Assembly: GCA_022560555.1 (NCBI GenBank)
Contig: JADFSZ010000096.1
Span: forward strand, 1 to 6,788
From: PVC group bacterium
Lineage (GTDB): Bacteria > GCA-001730085 > JADFSZ01
Length of the DNA: 6,788 nucleotides
Reading direction: 5' to 3'
Part shown: piece after piece, positions 1 to 4,753 of the stretch
Numbering within the stretch: the first letter of the stretch is position 1
Layout of the letters: each line of letters starts with the position of its first letter
Program-made: the position numbers and the translations under genes
The notes under the pieces: model-generated
The model's database searches: none
What the model saw: only the letters and a program-made list of their open reading frames with translations
What the model was told of the DNA's origin: nothing

Positions 1-1
1 T

Positions 2-517
2 TTAGCGAATAATCGTAATGTTGTTTTGTTCCCTGAGAAGATTCAAGGGAAATATCTTGCCCTGCATCGACCTTTTGGTCATGGGTGGAGCGAAGGTGAC
101 ATTTGGATGGCGACCTCTCCTGATCTTCTTCATTGGGGCGAGTACAAAATTTTGATGGGGCCGCGTCCCGGATTTTGGGATCATTCTAAGATTGGAGCCG
201 GAGCTCCTCCGTTCAAAACAGAGCACGGATGGATTTTGATTTATCATGGAGTTGATGATTCTGAAAAATATGCCTTAGGGATTGTTGTGCTGGATTTGGA
301 GAACCCCTTGAAAATATTAGGACGATCACAGGAGGCTCTTTTGCAGCCGGAAACATTGTATGAGCGAGAAGGTTTTTTTGGAAATGTTGTATTTACCTGC
401 GGAGCGATCCAAAGAGATCATAATCAAATCGATATCTACTATGGTGCATCGGATGAGGCTCTTTGCCTCGCTTCATTGAGTGAGAAGGAGTTGATGGAAC
501 ATGTCAAAAAGCATTAA
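2..517 (+). CDS. GH130 family (DUF377) beta-mannoside phosphorylase/glycosidase-like protein, 5'-truncated by the window edge (C-terminal ~171 aa present)
   Basis: The frame is open from nt 2 (LANNRNVVLFPEKIQGKY...), so the ATG at 26 is internal and the gene starts upstream of the window. Family hallmarks are present: NRN-x2-LFPEK, HRP, GFWD, GxGxPP, GWILIYHGV, LDLENP, VVFTCGA, YYGASD. It is clearly paralogous to the two complete GH130 ORFs downstream. Stop TAA is at 515-517. Confidence 0.85.
   Translation, partial: LANNRNVVLFPEKIQGKYLALHRPFGHGWSEGDIWMATSPDLLHWGEYKILMGPRPGFWDHSKIGAGAPPFKTEHGWILIYHGVDDSEKYALGIVVLDLENPLKILGRSQEALLQPETLYEREGFFGNVVFTCGAIQRDHNQIDIYYGASDEALCLASLSEKELMEHVKKH
485..490 (+). 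promoter_or_regulatory. Shine-Dalgarno (AAGGAG) for the GT4-fusion gene, embedded in the 3' end of the upstream GH130 gene
   Basis: AAGGAG lies 10 nt upstream of ATG 501. The ATG lies 17 nt inside the upstream CDS, a geometry typical of translational coupling. Confidence 0.6.
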
Positions 518-2756
518 ACGGTCTATTGCCTTTCTGGGTAATTATCTTCCCCGAAAATGCGGCATCGCGACATTTACAAAAGATATTTGTGAAGCGGTTT
601 CTAGAGAGGTAAGCAAAAACTGCAATGTGTATGCCATTGCTATGACCAATCGCTCTGAAGGTTATGATTATCCCGAAAGGGTTAAATTTGATATTCGGGA
701 TCAAATCGTTTCTGATTATGAGAAAGCCGCCGACCTTGTTAATACCAGCAAGGTAGATGTTGTGTGTGTTCAACATGAATATGGAATTTATGGAGGAGAA
801 TGGGGGGAATACCTTCATGTGTTTCTCCGGCAGGTGAAAGTTCCGGTTGTAACGACCCTTCATACGGTTCTTGAAAAATCTATGGACGAAACCCATGAAA
901 AAGTTTTTCGTGAACTGATAGCAAGAAGCGATCGCTTGATTGTTCTGGCCGAAAAAGCCATCCCGATGTTGAAGAATCGAGGGGTTCCTGAAGAAAAATT
1001 AATTTATATCCCGCACGGGATTCCGGATTTCTCACGATCTGATTCAAAAAAACTTAAGGAAAATCTGGATTTATCCGGCAAGACCATGATTTTGACTTTT
1101 GGACTTTTGGGGCCGGATAAAGGTATTGAATATATGATTGAAGCGATGGGGGCTCTTGTAGAGCGTTATCCCGATCTTGTTTATATTGTTTTAGGCGCGA
1201 CTCATCCGGAAATTATTAAACACTATGGAGAGGAATACCGTCACAAACTCATGCGGCAAATTGAGAGTCTGGGTTTGCAAAAACATGTTTTTTTGTATGA
1301 TCGTTTTGTTGAGTTAGAAGAGCTTTGCGAATATATTCATGCGGCTGATTTTTATGTTATCCCTTATTTGAATCGCGAACAAATAGTTTCCGGAACCTTG
1401 TGTTATGCTTTGGGAGCCGGAAAGGCGGTGATCTCGACGCCCAGTCTGTGCGCGGAAGAACTTCTTCGGGATCAAAGAGGTGTTTTAGTTCCTTTTAAAA
1501 ACGCGAACGCGTTGGCAAAAGCGCTAGAAAATTTATTTCAAGATGCAGATGCTTGCGAGGTGATGCGGGATAAGTCTTATAAATTCGGGATGAAAATGAG
1601 ATGGCCGAATGTGGCAAAAGAATATCTTGACGTATTCCGTTCGGTTCAAAAAGAACGCCCATTGATTGTTTCGGAACGAAAAAAGGCAAAAGAGCCGATC
1701 CTCTTATCCTCTAAATTTCCGTTTCCAAAATTAGATCATATCATGACATTGACAGACGATTTTGCGATGTTGCAGCATGCTCGTTATACCATTCCGAACT
1801 ATGATCATGGATATTGTGTTGATGATAACGCGCGGGCCATTGTTGTCGCGACAAAATTTTACCGGATTTTTAATGAAGGATCTGCCCTGTCTCTTCTGAA
1901 TAAATATCTTGCGTTTGTTTTTTATGCTCAAAGAGAGGATGGCTTGTTTCGGAATTTTTATGATATGAGAAAGCAGCCCCTTGATGAAATCGGATCCGAT
2001 GATTGCCAGGGCCGGTGTCTTTGGGGATTAGGGTATGTTATGGCTTATGGGCCTGCTCGTTTTGGAATGGCAGCAAAATCTTGTTTTAAAAAAGTGCTGC
2101 CTCATACCCAAAAATTTGAAATAAGAGGAATCGCTTTTTCAATTCTAGGACTTTATTATTACTTGCTCCGCTTTCCGGATGATGAGCAGATTAAGTCTCT
2201 CATGACGATCTTAGCCGAGAGCCTAGTCCGATCTTATCAAGAAACTTCCGATGAAAAATGGTTTTGGTTTGAAAATTCGTTAACCTATGCCAATGGCTTG
2301 TTGCCCGTGGCTTTGTGGGTCGCTTCTTACTCGCTTAAGCAAAAGAAATATCAAGACGTGGCGCAAAAGGCCACGGTCTTTTTGCGTCAGCAGTCCGTAA
2401 GAAACGGACATCTTTCGTTGATTGGGTGTAAAGGATGGCATTCTAAAGAGAACCAGAAAAAAGCGCAGTATGATCAACAGGCCATTGACGCGCTATGGAT
2501 GGTGGAACTCAGTAAATTTGCCTATCGATATACAAATGATGAGAATTATTTGAGTTTAATGAAAACATCCGTTGATTGGTTTCTCGGAGAAAATGACCTT
2601 TCGGTTGCGCTTTATGATCGGGTGACAGGAGGTTGTTATGACGGTTTAACATCTAGAGGAGCGAACCTTAACCAAGGGGCGGAGAGCACCCTCAGTGCTG
2701 TGATCGCACTTTTATCCATTGCGGAAATGGCTTATCAGCAGTCAGAGATGAAATGA
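501..2756 (+). CDS. Two-domain protein: N-terminal GT4 (Glycos_transf_1, GT-B fold) glycosyltransferase fused to an uncharacterised helix-rich C-terminal domain (possible alpha/alpha-barrel, six-hairpin-like)
   Basis: 751-aa ORF with an SD site. The N-terminus IAFLGNYLPRKCGIATFTKDI matches the 'PPRxCGIATFT' start I recognise from a GT4 subfamily. A GT-B C-lobe follows (ILTFGLLGPDKGIEY...YIVLGATHP...ADFYVIPYLNREQIVSGTLCYALGAGKAVISTP...AEELL). Residues ~409-745 form a second domain with no GT motifs. Confidence 0.85.
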   Translation: MSKSIKRSIAFLGNYLPRKCGIATFTKDICEAVSREVSKNCNVYAIAMTNRSEGYDYPERVKFDIRDQIVSDYEKAADLVNTSKVDVVCVQHEYGIYGGEWGEYLHVFLRQVKVPVVTTLHTVLEKSMDETHEKVFRELIARSDRLIVLAEKAIPMLKNRGVPEEKLIYIPHGIPDFSRSDSKKLKENLDLSGKTMILTFGLLGPDKGIEYMIEAMGALVERYPDLVYIVLGATHPEIIKHYGEEYRHKLMRQIESLGLQKHVFLYDRFVELEELCEYIHAADFYVIPYLNREQIVSGTLCYALGAGKAVISTPSLCAEELLRDQRGVLVPFKNANALAKALENLFQDADACEVMRDKSYKFGMKMRWPNVAKEYLDVFRSVQKERPLIVSERKKAKEPILLSSKFPFPKLDHIMTLTDDFAMLQHARYTIPNYDHGYCVDDNARAIVVATKFYRIFNEGSALSLLNKYLAFVFYAQREDGLFRNFYDMRKQPLDEIGSDDCQGRCLWGLGYVMAYGPARFGMAAKSCFKKVLPHTQKFEIRGIAFSILGLYYYLLRFPDDEQIKSLMTILAESLVRSYQETSDEKWFWFENSLTYANGLLPVALWVASYSLKQKKYQDVAQKATVFLRQQSVRNGHLSLIGCKGWHSKENQKKAQYDQQAIDALWMVELSKFAYRYTNDENYLSLMKTSVDWFLGENDLSVALYDRVTGGCYDGLTSRGANLNQGAESTLSAVIALLSIAEMAYQQSEMK
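519..1649 (+). other. GT4 glycosyltransferase domain (approx. residues 7-383 of the fusion protein)
   Basis: Boundaries were judged by eye from the motif content listed for the parent CDS. The domain ends at ...WPNVAKEYLDVFRSV, a typical GT-B C-terminal helix. Confidence 0.7.
1725..2735 (+). other. Unassigned C-terminal domain (approx. residues 409-745), preceded by a Lys-rich linker (nt ~1650-1724, ERPLIVSERKKAKEPILLSSKFPFPK)
   Basis: Repeated helix-like segments rich in aromatic residues, with conserved-looking acidic or polar motifs: GYCVDDNARA, WFWFENSLTYANG, YDQQAIDALW, NLNQGAESTLSAV. The fold assignment is inference only. Confidence 0.45.
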
Positions 2757-2759
2757 AAT

Positions 2760-2765
2760 AAGGAG
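2760..2765 (+). promoter_or_regulatory. Shine-Dalgarno (AAGGAG) for GH130 paralog 2
   Basis: AAGGAG lies 3 nt before ATG 2769 and 6 nt before ATG 2772. The spacing favours 2772 slightly, so the start is ambiguous by one codon. Confidence 0.6.
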
Positions 2766-2768
2766 TTC

Positions 2769-3719
2769 ATGATGCGTCAGACTTCAGGGCGGGATCTTGT
2801 TCATCGATTTGAGAAAAACCCTATTATTGAATTGGAGGATCTTAGTTTCAGCTGCCTTAATATTATGAATGCAGGGGCCGTTAAGGCCGGAAATCAATAC
2901 ATTCTTCTTGTCCGCATAGAAACAATGAGAGGTCACTCAGTTATTTTCGTCGCAAGAAGTACGAATGGCATGAATTTTGTTTTGGACAAAGAACCCATTC
3001 TGGGCCCTGCGACGGAAGGTGAGTTTCAAAAATATGAAGGACATGGTGTGGCGGACCCGCGCATTACCTATTTGGACGGAGTTTATTATATCGTCTATAC
3101 AGCTTTGTCTCGGAATGGAAAACGCTTGGTTTTAGCAAAGACAAGTGATTTTCAGACGATCGAAAAACTTGGCCTCATTTCAGAGCCCGATAATCATAAC
3201 GGGGCTTTATTCTCGAGAAAAATTAATGATTGTTATGTAAGGCTTGAGAGACCGTTCGAGGGAGGCAATATTTGGATTTCTTATTCTAAAGATTTATATT
3301 ATTGGGGCCGGTCTTCTGTTGTGATGTCTCCGCGGGGACCCGGGTTTTGGGATGAGAGTCGTGTGGGGTGTGCTGTTCCTCCGCTTGAAGTGGAAGAAGG
3401 GTGGCTTCTCATTTATTATGGGGTCAAAGAAACGTCGGGAGGTCCTCTCTTTCGTCTGGGAGTAGCCATGTTAGACAAAGAGGATCCTTCCCGGTTGATT
3501 GGACGGGCCTCTTTCCCGATTCTCTCTCCCCGGGAATCTTACGAACGGGTTGGAGATCATGGGAATATGGTATTTTCCTGCGGCGCGATTGTCGAGAATA
3601 AGGAAATCATGCTCTACTATGGAGGTGCTGATATGGGGATTAACTTGGGGACCGTGTTGCTGTCAGAGTTAGTGGAGGAATGTTTAGGTGAGGAGGGGCG
3701 TGAGAATGGTTCGTTTTAG
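2769..3719 (+). CDS. GH130 family (DUF377) beta-mannoside phosphorylase/glycosidase-like protein, paralog 2 (divergent at several family-conserved positions)
   Basis: 316-aa ORF with a strong SD and full-length GH130-like layout: FEKNPII...GHSVIF...GVADPRITYLDGVYYIVYTA...LFSRKI...RLERP...NIWISYSKDL..WG...GFWD...VPP...GWLLIYYGV...FRLGVAMLD...PILSP...YE..G...NMVFSCGAI...YYGGAD. No signal peptide is evident. Confidence 0.88.
   Translation: MMRQTSGRDLVHRFEKNPIIELEDLSFSCLNIMNAGAVKAGNQYILLVRIETMRGHSVIFVARSTNGMNFVLDKEPILGPATEGEFQKYEGHGVADPRITYLDGVYYIVYTALSRNGKRLVLAKTSDFQTIEKLGLISEPDNHNGALFSRKINDCYVRLERPFEGGNIWISYSKDLYYWGRSSVVMSPRGPGFWDESRVGCAVPPLEVEEGWLLIYYGVKETSGGPLFRLGVAMLDKEDPSRLIGRASFPILSPRESYERVGDHGNMVFSCGAIVENKEIMLYYGGADMGINLGTVLLSELVEECLGEEGRENGSF
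3691..3696 (+). promoter_or_regulatory. Shine-Dalgarno (AGGAGG) for GH130 paralog 3, inside the 3' end of paralog 2
   Basis: AGGAGG lies 9 nt upstream of ATG 3706. A second SD-like GGAGGA at 3673-3678 lies 9 nt upstream of the alternative GTG at 3688, so the start is not fully resolved. Confidence 0.5.
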
Positions 3720-4644
3720 AAGAGACATTCTGAAAAGGTGGGAGAGAAACCCTATTATTAAATTAGAGGATATTCCTTTTCGCTGTAATACCGTATTCAA
3801 TGGGGCTGCTACAAAATTTAACGATCAATATATTTTTCTGCTCCGGGTTGAAGATCTGAAAGGTCATTCCGTCATTTTAAAAGCTCATAGTGAAGATGGA
3901 TATCATTTTACTGTCGGGAAGGAACCCTGTATGTATCCTTGCGATATCGAGCCGTACAAAACCTACGAGGAACGAGGCGTTGAGGACCCCCGGATCATTT
4001 ATCTCGAGGGCATTTATTACATTATGTATACAGCCTATTCCCGGTACGGAGCTCGTATTGCTCTGGCTAAGACAGAAGATTTTGAGCATTACGAGAGAAT
4101 CGCGATAGTCTCTGAGCCGGGCAACAAAGATGGGCTGCTTTTTCCAAGAAAAATCAATGGCCGGTATGTCCGGCTCGATCGTCCGATTTCCGGTGGGATT
4201 GGCAATATTTGGATCTCTTATTCTAAAGATTTGATTTTTTGGGGACATTCAAAACTTGTTGCTGAGATTCGCCGTGATTTTTGGGACTCCTACCGTATCG
4301 GAGGTTCGGTTCCTCCTATTGAAACCGAGCAAGGTTGGCTTGAGATTTATCACGGTGTTAAAATGACCAATTCCGGACCCATTTACCGCTTGGGGGTATT
4401 TCTTTTGGACTTAGAAAATCCGGAAAAAATGCTTGGGCAATCCGATATCCCGATTCTTTCTCCGCGGGAACCCTACGAGCGTATCGGGGATGTGAATAAT
4501 GTTGTTTTTTCTTGCGGAGCGATTGTCGAGGAGAATGGTGATATCAAGGTTTACTATGGCGCTGCCGATACCTGTATTTGTGTGGCGGAAGGGACCGTGA
4601 AAGAGCTGGTTGAATTTTGTTTGGAGGAAAAGAGTCTTTTTTGA
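3706..4644 (+). CDS. GH130 family (DUF377) beta-mannoside phosphorylase/glycosidase-like protein, paralog 3
   Basis: The ORF track starts at GTG 3688. I prefer ATG 3706 (MVRFRRDILKRWERNPII...) because it has an AGGAGG SD and its N-terminal length matches paralog 2 (MMRQTSGRDLVHRFEKNPII...). Motifs include GVEDPRIIYLEGIYYIMYTA, LFPRKI, RLDRP, NIWISYSKDL, GWLEIYHGV, YRLGVFLLDLENP, VVFSCGAI and YYGAAD. Roughly half the residues match paralog 2 by eye. The start overlaps the paralog 2 stop by 14 nt, or by 32 nt if GTG is used. Confidence 0.88.
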   Translation: MVRFRRDILKRWERNPIIKLEDIPFRCNTVFNGAATKFNDQYIFLLRVEDLKGHSVILKAHSEDGYHFTVGKEPCMYPCDIEPYKTYEERGVEDPRIIYLEGIYYIMYTAYSRYGARIALAKTEDFEHYERIAIVSEPGNKDGLLFPRKINGRYVRLDRPISGGIGNIWISYSKDLIFWGHSKLVAEIRRDFWDSYRIGGSVPPIETEQGWLEIYHGVKMTNSGPIYRLGVFLLDLENPEKMLGQSDIPILSPREPYERIGDVNNVVFSCGAIVEENGDIKVYYGAADTCICVAEGTVKELVEFCLEEKSLF

Positions 4645-4655
4645 GCTTTTAAGTA

Positions 4656-4664
4656 TGATATAAT
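4656..4664 (+). promoter_or_regulatory. Candidate sigma70-type extended -10 promoter element (TGaTATAAT) for the radical SAM / glutaredoxin-like unit
   Basis: This is a perfect TGnTATAAT match in the only sizeable intergenic region (4645-4753). There is no good -35 at 17-nt spacing: CTTTTT sits at 4636-4641, and TTGAGC at 4641-4646 is only 12 nt away. Extended -10 promoters can work without a -35. It would give a leader of roughly 80 nt. Confidence 0.35.
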
Positions 4665-4743
4665 CGTAGTAACTGGCTAATAGAAGAGACGCGAAAAAGC
4701 CAAGAAGAAGATAAAAACGTTTATTTGGAAATTTATAACAAAC

Positions 4744-4748
4744 AAGGA
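4744..4748 (+). promoter_or_regulatory. Shine-Dalgarno (AAGGA) for the radical SAM gene
   Basis: AAGGA overlaps the first ATG (4748) and lies 5 nt upstream of the second ATG (4754), which favours 4754 as the start. Confidence 0.5.
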
Positions 4749-4753
4749 TGGAA

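Noticed and set aside
26-517. ATG at 26 as the start of the first gene, as listed in the ORF track
   Set aside because: The frame stays open back to nt 2, and the upstream residues (LANNRNVVLFPEK) form a conserved mid-protein GH130 motif that aligns with residues ~140-150 of the downstream paralogs. The gene is therefore truncated by the window and does not start at 26.
504-896. 130-aa antisense ORF inside the GT4 gene; similar minus-strand ORFs lie at 2-247, 1495-1689, 1731-1931, 2280-2477, 3877-4248, 4733-5089, 5267-5500 and 5684-6031
   Set aside because: Each lies entirely opposite a + strand CDS that has strong family motifs. Their translations are low-complexity, basic and Phe/Ile/Asn-rich, with no recognisable motifs, no SD sites and no conservation logic. 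They are typical shadow ORFs of an AT-rich coding strand.
3401-3601. Short + strand out-of-frame ORFs nested in real genes (3401-3601, 3890-4108, 5238-5480, 5730-5921)
   Set aside because: These are alternative-frame read-throughs of well-supported CDSs. They have no SD, and their Ser/Arg/Leu-rich composition is typical of off-frame translation.
3688-3690. GTG 3688 as the start of GH130 paralog 3, as listed in the ORF track
   Set aside because: It is not excluded, since GGAGGA lies 9 nt upstream. ATG 3706 with AGGAGG 9 nt upstream gives an N-terminus that matches paralog 2 better in length. I kept it as the alternative rather than the primary call.
4628-4650. Possible intrinsic terminator at the end of GH130 paralog 3 (AAAAG-agt-CTTTT followed by T-rich sequence)
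   Set aside because: The stem is only 5 bp with a single G:C pair and overlaps the stop codon. That is far too weak for a confident Rho-independent terminator.
4645-4753. Cobalamin riboswitch upstream of the B12-dependent radical SAM gene
   Set aside because: The region is about half the length of a cobalamin riboswitch aptamer plus expression platform. I could find no B12-box-like GCCACTG core or the expected GC-rich paired elements.
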